Of a stretch of 64,000 nt of DNA, positions 53,422 through 64,000 are shown in pieces; the stretch's first letter is position 1; each line of letters starts with the position of its first letter. The notes under the pieces are model-generated. The model was not told the origin of the DNA. It searched no databases and saw only the letters and a program-made list of their open reading frames with translations. Source of the DNA: Octopus sinensis (lineage: Eukaryota); assembly GCF_006345805.1 (NCBI RefSeq), contig NC_043019.1, positions 22,939,360-23,003,359 of the forward strand. The letters are read 5' to 3'. The position numbers were made by a program, and so were the translations under genes.

Positions 53422-53832
53422 AATCTGTCTATCTATTCATTGTCTCTTTATCTATCTATCTATATCTATCGATCTACTACCATCTACCTACATATTATCC
53501 TCTCTCCCTTTATCTCTCTATCTCTCTATCATTATTATTTACTGTCTCTTTATCTGTTATCTTATATCTATATCTATCTATCTATCTATCTATCTATTCT
53601 ATCTATCTATCTATCTATCTTTCTGTCTATCTATCTATCTATCTATTATCTATCATCTAATTTTCTCTGCCAATATCTCTGTGTGTGTCATCAGTCTGGC
53701 TGTCGTCGTATCTCCCTCTCCTCTCCGCTGAACGTCTTTCTATCAGATTTGTTATCTGTCTGTCTGTCCATGCATGCCCTTGTCTGTCTGGTTATCTGTC
53801 CATCTAAGTATCAATCTGTCAGTCTACCCCAC

Positions 53833-53863
<31 letters not shown>

Positions 53864-54447
53864 ACATTCTTCCATCTATTTTTCCCTTTCTATGTCTTTA
53901 TTGCATCCTTTATCTGTGTATGTGTGTGTGTGTATGCATGTGTATGCATGTGTATGTGTGTGTATGTGTGTGCGTGTGTGTGTGTGTTTGTGTGTGCATG
54001 TGTATGTGTGTGTGCATGTGTGTGTGTGTAAGTACACGTGTCTATGTATGTTTAGGTGCAATATGGTTGAGTGGTTTAGAAGTTTGCTTCACAACCATAA
54101 GGTCCTGGGTTCAACCCCACCCCAAGGCATCTTGAGTAAATGTCATTTTCTATAGCCCCTTCATTGGCCTATATCTTGTGAGTGAAACTCAGTCAAAGGA
54201 AGTTGCATAGAAGCCCATCATATGGATTGTGCCCATAATTCAAAGCTTGAACACTATCATACAGATCCTGACTGAGGATTATGTTAAATATACACATGAC
54301 TGTGGAATATCCAGCCATTTGTATGTTCATTAAAGGAACAGGTTTTGGTTGCTTATCCCTCTAGCATTCAGATTACCCTAACTCATTCACATTGCTTGGA
54401 ATTAATTATGTATTATCTCATAGCTTTGAGATTTCAATGCTATAATT

Positions 54448-54932
54448 CTTTTACTCTTTTACTCTTTTACTTGTTTCAGTCATTTTACTGCGCCCATGCT
54501 GGAGCACCACCTTTAGTCGAGCAAATCGACCCCAGGACTTATTCTCTGGAAGCCTAGTATTTACTCTATGGTCGTTTTGCCGAACGCTAAGTTACGGGGG
54601 ACATAAACACACCAGCATCGATGTTAAGTGGGGGGACAAACACAGACACACAAAATTACACACACACACTATAACATACCCCACACCACACAAACACACA
54701 TACATATCACATATATCTATATATTATATATATATATAATATATTATATATATAGATATTATATATATAGAGATTACAATGGGCTTCTTTCAGTTCTGTC
54801 ACCAAATCCACTCACAAGGCTTTGGTTCAGCCGAGGCTATAATAAAAGACACTTGCCAAAGTGGTACGCAGTGGGAATGAACAGAACCATGTGGTGGTAA
54901 GCAAGCTACTTACACATAGCCACTCCTGCGCC
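54448..54932 (-). mobile_element. SINE family A, full length
   Basis: Family A consensus on the minus strand. Confidence 0.85.
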
Positions 54933-55047
54933 TAATGTTTATTTTCAGAAGACATTGTAAGGCAAGTCTGATAAGCTGGATATGGTCAGTTTGAACATAA
55001 AACAATATAGAATATTGACACATTTTAGCTGGACATGGTTGATTTAA

Positions 55048-55278
55048 CCTTTAGCATTCAAATTATTCTGGCAAACGTAATGCTTATTTATTCCAATTGC
55101 TTTGGATTAACCAGGCATTATCTCTTAGCTTTGATACTTCAATGATATAATTGTTTATTTTTAGAATGACATTGTAAGGTAAGTGTGATAGGCTGGATCT
55201 GATCAGTTCCAACAACACAAAACAGGTAAAATTAAAACATATTTTGGTTGGATATAGTTGATTTATGTGCTAAAAGGG
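55048..55278. mobile_element. piggyBac-type MITE 2 copy, preceded by a partial copy at about 54940-55047
   Basis: TTAA at 55044-55047 and 55279-55282; CCTTTAGCATTC / GCTAAAAGGG termini. Confidence 0.7.
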
Positions 55279-55368
55279 TTAAACAACTGAATCTGGATAA
55301 CCAATATTGAGTGATCTAGTCATATGTATGTATGCGTGTGTTTGTTTGTATATGTGTGTGCATGTGTG

Positions 55369-55426
<58 letters not shown>

Positions 55427-55667
55427 GATATATATATTGACCTGCTCGCTTAGCCAGCGGGGTGGCGTCATTTGAAGGCTAAAACAATGCGAAGTGCATT
55501 GTGACCAGCGATGTGTAGTAACATCTGATAACCTGGTCGGTCACGGTGATCACGGTGATATATATATATATATATAATATATATACATACATACATGCAT
55601 GCATTCATTCATTCATTCATTCATTCATGCATGCATGCATGCATACATACATACATACATACATACA

Positions 55668-55698
<31 letters not shown>

Positions 55699-55699
55699 G

Positions 55700-55985
55700 T
55701 ATGAGGGCTGTTCATTAAAGATTTCCCCTGACCCACTTCCCAAGGACTGGGATATAAGGAAACTTGGCATAATTATTTGTCCTTCTCTACATAGCCACTA
55801 CCAATGGTGACACACTTCTCCATCACTTTATGCAACTGTGAAGATCTCATCTGTAGAAGTCAGTAAGTTGCATCTGGAGCCAAGACTTTACCTCAAAAAT
55901 AAATACATCATCATCCAAAAAGCGCTTTGCCTTCGAAAATGACTTCATGGTTGGAAAGAAAGGTTCCCTACACAGTTGGAGATCA
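55700..55985 (-). mobile_element. mariner transposon 3' end (TIR plus transposase C-terminus)
   Basis: TA+TGAGGGCTGTTC terminus; FFPTMKS..KRFLDDD..EVKSWLQMQ..FY and WEKCVTIGSGYVEK across a frameshift. Confidence 0.8.
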
Positions 55986-56545
55986 GCTCTTCTTTACACA
56001 GTTGTCCTTGTCCATATGCATCACATGACCATACCAATGCAGTCATCTCTCTTGCACACCACATCTGATGCCTCCTATGCCCAGTTTTTCTCTCAAGATG
56101 CTTACATTCTGTTGAACATGCACACTGGCTTCATTTCTTTCAAGCCTGTGCATGTCCTCAGCTGTCACAGCCCATGTTTCACGGCCATGTAGCATGGGTG
56201 TTCTCATACAGGCATCATACAATCTGTCTTTCACTCTGAGAGAGTGGCCCTTTGTTGCCAGCAGAGGGAGGAGCTCTCTGAACTTTGCCCAGCCTAATCT
56301 TATTCTCACAGCTATGCTCTCGGAGCATCCACCTGCACTACTAACTTGGTCACCTAGATAACGGAAGCTATCTACTATCTCTAGCTTGCCCCGCTAGCAG
56401 TTGATGGAGTGTATTCTCTGCACATTTTCAGCATTTATTGTACCTGTGCATCTTCCACATACAAAAAGCTATTTTCCCTGTTAACCTTCCTCTGATATTG
56501 CTGCACCTTTTATGTGTCCAATGCTTATACCAAAGCTTCATCAGA
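55985..56545 (-). pseudogene. RTE LINE ORF fragment (Cys/His segment, RT end, post-RT region)
   Basis: WTHKRCS..FVCGRC, LEIVDSFRYLGD, RIRLGWAKFRELLPLL, LYDACMRTPMLHGRETW, RLHWYGHVMHMD. Confidence 0.88.
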
Positions 56546-56959
56546 AGAAAAAATGAGAGAGCATAGAGAGGGCAAGAAAGGCAAATAGTGTAAAACAGGT
56601 ATGTGAAGGCTTAGAAATATGGGAATGCTGTGCTGTGTGGGAGGAAGAGGCAGTGGTGAAGGAGCATGTACACAATGTTGTCACACAGTAAGAAACCTAA
56701 ATCTGAATTCACATTGGTGACTTTAAAAATAAGAGTCCCTGGTTCAAATCCAGTCCAGTTCAATACTATGTACACATATGTATACAAATTAAATGTATAA
56801 TTATGATGAACAGAAACCAACTCAACCAGAACATAGTCGAGAAATAAATATTTTGATAATGTTTTATCAGTAAAGTGGAGGTTAATAGTCGGAAATTATT
56901 ATCTTATTAAGTAACAGTTCATCTTAGATATTTTATGCAATGGTCAGCCTCGATCTGGT

Positions 56960-57135
56960 ACGATGTAACATCCCCTGAAAGACGACAAACAGAGATGAAG
57001 CTAATCGCAGTATGGTAGAGATGTAAATATTGGGCAAAAATGTTTCATCTCTGAAGATGGAATCAATCATGTGAAAAATGATAATTTAATGGGTTGGTTG
57101 GTTTCGAAAATTGCGAAAAAGGCGATGGTTTGGTT
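56960..57135 (+). other. Degenerate hammerhead-like motif in an unclassified repeat end
   Basis: CTGAAGA-T-GGAATCAATC...GGTTGGTTTC-GAAA at about 57051-57109; stem I and cleavage triplet not satisfied. Confidence 0.3.
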
Positions 57136-57209
57136 CTGTGTAATGTAGGAAATGTCTTATTAAAACTAGAACAGAGAGAAAGAGAGACAGACACACTCTC
57201 TCTCTCACT

Positions 57210-57240
<31 letters not shown>

Positions 57241-57556
57241 ACACACTCACAAAAAACATGCACCACACACAGATACAACCCACTCACAAACACACATAAA
57301 TATTTTTACACACACACATACTCAGATTCACATACGTACATATGCATACATGACTACTAATTTTATATTATATAATACACACATACACAAACCCATTTAC
57401 GCATGCATGTGTATGTATATATATATATATTTGTATGTGTGTATGTATGTATTTGTATATGTATTTACATACATATGTACACACATACATGCATGTATAT
57501 ATATTTATAGACTTCTGTGATCAAGTCACGGTCCATAATAAATGACTACTAAGTGT

Positions 57557-57600
<44 letters not shown>

Positions 57601-58459
57601 GTATGTATATACATATATATTTGTATACACATGTATGTATACATATATATACATATATATTTATGTGTGTGTGTATGTATATATATATATGTGTGTGTGT
57701 GTGTGTATATATGTCTATATATACATATATATATTTGTATGTATATACATATATGTATATATATTTTATGTATATGTATATATATGTGTGTGTGTATATA
57801 TATATGTGTGTGTGTGTGTGTGTACTTACATGTATGTTTGCATGAATGTATGTATGATTGGGTAAAGTATAAATTTTTAATATGAAGAAGCCAGTTCCGC
57901 AGGAATGAGGATCAATACCATGAGGTAATGGTGAGCTGGGGTGAGGTGTTTGGTGGGGTGGCATTCAAGGTGCAGTAGGTGGAGACGGGGTGGGGGAAGG
58001 AAGGAATGGAGTTTTAAAAAAGTGAAAGATGTGTTGAAAGAAGGTGAAAAGAAGCAGAAGAGGCATCGTTGAGGTGCAATCAAGAGATAGAGAAAGGAAG
58101 ACAGACTGGAAGGAAAAGATAAAAATAAAAAAAGGAAGTAAGGAAGAAAGAAACCAAGCACGGATGAATGAAAGCTGTTAGTACAAAGTGTTCTCTAATT
58201 AAGTGTTCAGTATTTAATATTCTTTTATCCTAAGGAGGTGAGATGGCAGATTCATTAGCATGCTGAGCAAAATGCTTAACAGTGATTCACCTGTCGTCAC
58301 ATTCGGAGTTCAAATTCAGCTGAGGCCAAGTTTGCCTTTCATCCTTCAGGGTCAATAAAATAAGTACCAGTTGAACACTGGGGTCAATGCAATTGACTTA
58401 CGCCCTCCTCTGAAATTTCTGGGCTTGTGCCAAAACTTGAAATCAATATTATCCTTATC

Positions 58460-58950
58460 CAAGTCTTCATCACTCCTAAAGGAGGAACCCCTTCCTGGTC
58501 TCCTTCTACTGATTTCTCTCTCTCTGGCCAGTCATGGCCGTGTAGGTCCCAGGTTGTGGATCAGATCACTTTGCTATCTTGTCTTTGGTTGGCCTCTTGA
58601 TCTCGTCCCTTGTCTTGCTGTTCATTCCATTAACCTATTTCTTTATTACCCACAAGGGGCTAAACACTGAGGGGGACAAACAAGGACAGACATAGGTATT
58701 AAGTCGATTACATCGACCCCAGTGCGTAACTGGTACTTAATTTATCGACCCCGAAAGGATGAAAGGCAAAGTCGACCCCGGCGGAATTTGAACTCACAAC
58801 GTAACGCAGACGAAATACCGCTAAGCATTTTGCCCGGCGTGCTAACGTTTCTGCCAACTCGCCATTAACCTGATGTCCATCTGCTGTCCTTCAGTCATGC
58901 AATGTATCCAATCCATCTATATCTGTCCTCCTTATTGGTTCTTATAATGT
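58460..58950 (-). pseudogene. Second RTE-clade LINE ORF C-terminus, split by a SINE B
   Basis: RYRWIGYIA*LKDSRWT, then MEWTARQGTRSRGQPKTR..DL...GFLL after removing the SINE. Confidence 0.7.
58637..58861 (-). mobile_element. SINE family B with 10-bp TSD
   Basis: CCATTAACCT at 58627-58636 and 58862-58871. Confidence 0.9.
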
Positions 58951-59020
58951 TAAAATACCAAGATGGCAAGCTGGCAGAATTATTAGCACATTTTGGTAGA
59001 TGAAAACTGAAAGAAGCCTG

Positions 59021-59055
<35 letters not shown>

Positions 59056-59255
59056 AGTGCGTGCGTGTGTGTGTGTGTGTGTGCATGTGTCTTTGTATCT
59101 GTGCTCCCCTACCAATGATTGGCAAACCGGTGTTGGTATGTTTACATTTCCATAACTTAGTGGTTTGGCGGAAGAGATCGATAGAATAAATACCTGGCCC
59201 AGCATGGCTGCAGTCTAATGACTAAAACAAATAAATGATAAAAGATAAAAGATAT

Positions 59256-59468
59256 AAAATGTGACCGCATGTGTACCGTTGGCGATTTTTTTCCTCCATC
59301 TTCCCTTACTTGGATCTTTCCTTTTCCTATGTTTCTGACGAAGAGCTCCGCTCGAAACGTTAAATCCTCCTTCTTTCTTTCCTTTCCTGAGCGTCCAATA
59401 ACACTATACTTGTTCCACATCCTCGCATTGTTTTGTTTTCTCTTTGTGTCTTCATGTTTGGATTAACT
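59256..59468 (+). mobile_element. Hammerhead-bearing ~215-bp element, copy 3
   Basis: Aligns with copies 1 and 2; followed by (TA)n. Confidence 0.8.
59331..59365 (+). ncRNA. Minimal type-I hammerhead ribozyme motif (predicted)
   Basis: GTTT (stem I) CTGACGA A GAGC-TCC-GCTC (stem II) GAAA C G T T (palindromic ACGT stem III, GUU site) AAAT (stem I'). Confidence 0.7.
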
Positions 59469-59878
59469 ATATATATATAAATGCCAAGTTACAGGGACAT
59501 AAACACACCAACACCAGTTAAGCAGTGATGAAGAACAATCACAGACACACACACCTGCACATATATATAATGATCTGTCCAACCCTATGCCAACATGGAT
59601 AACGGACATTAAATGATGATGGTGGTGGTGGTGGTGATGACGATGATGATGACGACGACGACGACGACGACGACGATGATACATATAAGACAAGTTCTTT
59701 CAGTTTCTGTCCACCAAATCCACTCCCAAGGCTTTGGTCAGCCTGAGGCTATAGCAGAAGGCACTCGCCCAAGGTGTCAATGCAGTGGGACTGAACCGGG
59801 AGCCATGTAGTTTGGAAGCAAGCTTCTTATCTCACAACTGAGCCTACACCTATAGGTGTGTGTCAGACCTATTTATCT

Positions 59879-60717
59879 GCTGAACCTTTCAGGTGAGATG
59901 ACAAATGACCAAGACACCTGGCCATACTCAAGACGACCTGTAACCCACAGCAGAAACGTTAAGACCGATCTTGGTGGAGGTGTAAAGCATTTGTGGCAAT
60001 GCCACCTAAGAGCACCTGTGTGGGGCCATGTAAAAGTGTCCATGCAATGCCATGTAAAAGCACCTGCGTGGTGTTGCTTAAAAACGCCCGTGTGGTGCCA
60101 AATAAAAGCATCCGGCACACTCTGTGAAGTGGTTGGCATTAGGAAGGATACCCAGTCATAGAAACTATGCCAAATCAGACTGGTGTTTGGTACAGCTCCC
60201 CAGCTTGCCAGCTCTGGTCACACCGTCCAATCCATGCCTGCATGGATAACGGACATTAAATGATGACGATGATGATGGTGGTGGTGGTGGTGGTGATAAC
60301 GATGACGATGATGATGACGATGATGATGACGATGATGATGACGATGATAATCACGATGATGATGACAATGATGATGACGATGATGATGACGATGATGATG
60401 ACGATGACGATGATGATGATGATGATGATGATAACAATGATGATGACAATGATGATGACGATGATGAAGACGATGATGAAGACAATGATGATAACAATGA
60501 TGATGACGATGATGATGACGATGATGACGATGATGATGACGATGATGATGACAATGATGATGACGATGACGATGATGACGATGATGATGACAATGATGAT
60601 GACGATGATGATGATGATGATGATGACGATGATGATGACAATGATGATGACAATGATGATGATGATGACAATGACGATGACGATGATGATGATGACGACA
60701 ACGACGATGATGATGAT
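59879..60717 (+). mobile_element. 5'-truncated RTE LINE (ORF end, 3' UTR, ~460-bp GAT/GAC tail)
   Basis: LNLSGEMTNDQDTW ORF end; UTR with short GCAC..GTAAAA repeats; family D-type tail; (GAT/GAC)n at 60260-60717. Confidence 0.75.
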
Positions 60718-61228
60718 ACATATAAGATGAGTTCTTTAAGCTTCTGTCCACCAAATCCACTCTCAAGGCTTTGGTCAGCCTGAGGCTATTGCAGAAGGCA
60801 CTCGCCCAAGGTTTCAATGCAGTGGGACTGACCCGGGAGGAATGTGGTTGGGAAGCAAGCTTCTTATCTCACAACCGCGCCTGCTCCTATAGGTGTGTGT
60901 GTCAGACCTATTTATCTGCTTCGTACGTTCCTCACGCACGTGCACCAAATGCAGCCAGCACATACAGATAATGCACGCATCTCATGTGCCAGACGCAAAC
61001 ACACACACACACACACACACATACACACACCACACGCACACACACACTCACAAATACAAGTGGAACATACTTCTATTTAAACCATTCCACGTTAGTTGTG
61101 CTGCATATGTCAAGCAAAAACCTTTTGTAACAGTAAATTGATGAAGACTGACAACAAATGAAACATGAGAATACATAGCTATTATATAATTTATACACAC
61201 ACACAGAGGCACACACATACACACACAC

Positions 61229-61323
<95 letters not shown>

Positions 61324-61355
61324 CATATATATATATAGATACCATATATATATAC

Positions 61356-61390
<35 letters not shown>

Positions 61391-61772
61391 ATATTAGATA
61401 TATATATATATATATAATATGTATATATATATAATATATATATATAGGCATGTGTGTGTGTGTGTGTGTATATTTATGTATGTTGGGATAGTGTTGGCCT
61501 CTGCCACCAGAGGGCTAACTGCTGCATTCTATCTGTGTGTTCTGCTGGTAATCGATAGTTAACCAATCAAAGGTGATTGTGGTAGAATGCTTTTAAAACA
61601 TTACCGACTTTGGAATTGGTTGAGAGCAACCAATTCTGCCAGGAATATCTGCCCAACAGTAATCATTTGTGTGTAATATCAGAAACACGCAAATATGCAC
61701 ACGCATACAGACACAAAAGATATACACATGCACACACATACACACTCATGAATACATATATGTGTGTGTGTG

Positions 61773-61896
<124 letters not shown>

Positions 61897-62393
61897 TGTA
61901 TGTATGTATGTATGTATGTATATATGTGTGTGTATGTGTATATATATATATATAATATATATACATACACACATAAATACTTGCATGTGTATTGTAGATA
62001 CATACACTCATATATGCACACACACACACAGAACACATGCACACACAGATAAACACACACACATACATATGGATACACTCTTTCACATACACTCTCCAAT
62101 ACATACATACACAGTCACACATGCTTCTTTCTGTGCACTCACACACACAATCTTCTCATACACTCACACATTGACATATGTGCATATACCCCCCCCACAC
62201 ACACACACACATACACATACAATGGTATGCTCTACATCAATTCTGATGGAATTTTTTAATGGCATTCCTCAGAATTGTGGTTCCACTGTAATTTTTCTTC
62301 AACTTACCTCACCCTAAACCACTTTCAACTTATTCTCATTTTTTCTATCTATTTACCAAAAGGCTATTTGTTGAATAGCTTCATGTTAATATA

Positions 62394-62469
<76 letters not shown>

Positions 62470-62589
62470 ACACACACATATATATGCTGTCTGGACACAC
62501 AGACTCAGTGTGTAGATGCTGACTGGGTAGATACTGTGTGTGGATGATGACTAGAGAGATGGACAGACACAGCAAGTGTGTGTGTGTGT

Positions 62590-62629
<40 letters not shown>

Positions 62630-62804
62630 ATATGCATGTATTTGTGCATGTGAATATCTGTATCTAGTTTATGTAATTATAAAGATCATTTAAAACAATT
62701 GCAAGAAGGCTTTAAAAATATTCAGTATAATAAAAAAAATAGCATTCAGTTGTACACAAGAGCAAATACTTATTTCATACATACATTGGTATACATATAA
62801 AATA

Positions 62805-62968
62805 GGCGCAGGCATGGGTGTGTGGTAAGAAGCTTGCTGCCCAACCACATGGTTCCAGGTTCAGTCCCACTGCGTGGCACCTTGGGCAAGTGTTTTCTAC
62901 TATAGCCTCGGGCCGACCAAAGCCTTGTGAATGAATTTGGTAGACGGAAACTGAAAGAATCCCATCGT
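62805..62968 (+). mobile_element. SINE family A 5' half
   Basis: GGCGCAGGCATGGGTGTGTGG...GGTTCAGTCCCAC...GGAAACTGAAAGAA. Confidence 0.85.
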
Positions 62969-63099
62969 ACATATGTGTGTATGTGTGTGTATGTATTGAA
63001 AGATACAGGTAAGGTAATAATTTTATTCTCAAATGCAGGATAATCATAATAATATAGCATGAACAGGATAAACTATCAATATTTTGCAGAAAAATCTGT

Positions 63100-63425
63100 T
63101 GGCAGCGAGCCATGAGATTCAAACTCATGTCCCTGTGATTATGCGTCAGGTGCTTTACCTATTTCTTTACTACTCACAAGGTGCTAAACAGAGAGAGGAC
63201 AAACAAGGACAGACAAACGGATTAAGTCGATTATATCGACCCCAGTGCATAACTGGTACTTATTTAATCGAGCCCGAAAGAGTGAAAGGCAAAGTCAACC
63301 TCGGTGGAATTTGACCTTAGAAGGTAGCGGCAGACGAAATACCGCTAAGCATTTTGCCCAGCGTGCTAACGATTCTGCCAGCTCTCCGTGTCAGGTGCTT
63401 TACCATTAAACTAAACTGCCCAGTG
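63100..63425 (-). pseudogene. tRNA(CAT)-like sequence, disrupted by SINE B
   Basis: After removing the SINE and one TSD: GGGCAGTTTAGTTTAATGGTAAAGCACCTGACGCATAATCACAGGGACATGAGTTTGAATCTCATGGCTCGCTGCC, with a D-loop-like TAATGGTA, CAT in the anticodon loop and T-arm CATGAG/CTCATG. Confidence 0.5.
63160..63389 (-). mobile_element. SINE family B with 15-bp TSD, inserted into a tRNA-like sequence
   Basis: GTCAGGTGCTTTACC at 63145-63159 and 63390-63404. Confidence 0.9.
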
Positions 63426-63479
63426 ACAAATTCTTCTGCAATTTTAGGATATATAAATCTAGCTTTATAAGATGCTATT

Positions 63480-63892
63480 GTACATTGAATTCAACTTATA
63501 TTGAAAGTCAACAAACAGAGTTTGCTTTAAAAGCATTGTGATTTATTGAAAGATAGAGATAAGGAAATAATTTTATTCTCAACCGCAGGATAATGCTAAT
63601 AATATAGCATGAACAGGATAAACTATCTATAGGTAGTTTATCCTGCAGAAGAATTTGTCGCTGGGCAGTTTAGCTTAATGTTTACAGGGATGCGAGTTCA
63701 AATCTCATGGCTGGCCGCTGACAGATTTTTCTGCTAAATATGGATATTTTATCCTGTTCATTCTATATTATTATCATTATCCTGTGTTTGAGAATAAAAT
63801 TATTTCTTCTTCTGTATCTGTCAATACATCTCAATGCTTCTAAAGCCAATGTTGGTTGTTGACTTTCAATGTAAGCTGAATTTAACGTATAC
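63480..63892. mobile_element. Long-TIR foldback or MITE (~145-bp imperfect arms) with a tRNA-like core; inverted partial copy at 62994-63440
   Basis: 63480-63626 is mirrored by about 63743-63892; internal hairpin CAGGATAAACTA/TAGTTTATCCTG; core GGGCAGTTTAGCTTAATG...GAGTTCAAATCTCATGG. Confidence 0.7.
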
Positions 63893-64000
63893 ATGTATGT
63901 ATTTGTGTGTGTGTGTGTGTGTGTGTCTGTGTTTGTACCCCTACCTTTGCTTGACAACCAATGTTGGTGTATTTACATCCCTGTAACTTATCGGTTTGGC

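Overview
Eukaryotic, AT-rich and extremely repeat-dense DNA with no recognisable host-gene exon, so it is intergenic or lies within a large intron. The SINE families and the microsatellite load look like an octopus (coleoid cephalopod) genome; this is inference from pattern recognition, not a database search. Almost all ORFs in the supplied track are translations of microsatellites. Every protein-like sequence I could recognise is a decayed transposon: an R4/Dong-like RLE LINE RT (12.2-14.4 kb), a Helitron 5' end with a Rep-helicase N-terminal region (18-19.3 kb), a CR1/L2-type RT scrap (24.9 kb), a DD37D maT transposase (29-31 kb), a Penelope-like RT (34.4-35.8 kb), several RTE LINE fragments and mariner pieces. 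Non-coding repeats include at least three tRNA-headed SINE families (called A, B and C here), many truncated RTE 3' tails ending in (GAT)n (family D), piggyBac-, hAT- and mariner-type MITEs, and long foldback palindromes. The most notable observations are: (1) a ~215-bp dispersed element, present three times, carrying a minimal type-I hammerhead ribozyme fold with an intact core at 59331-59365; (2) SINE-B head-to-tail multimers with the same junction at two independent loci; (3) a tRNA(CAT)-like sequence inside a long inverted-repeat element; (4) an RTE insertion bracketed by a ~200-bp direct repeat. Family labels are mine, and all alignments were done by eye.
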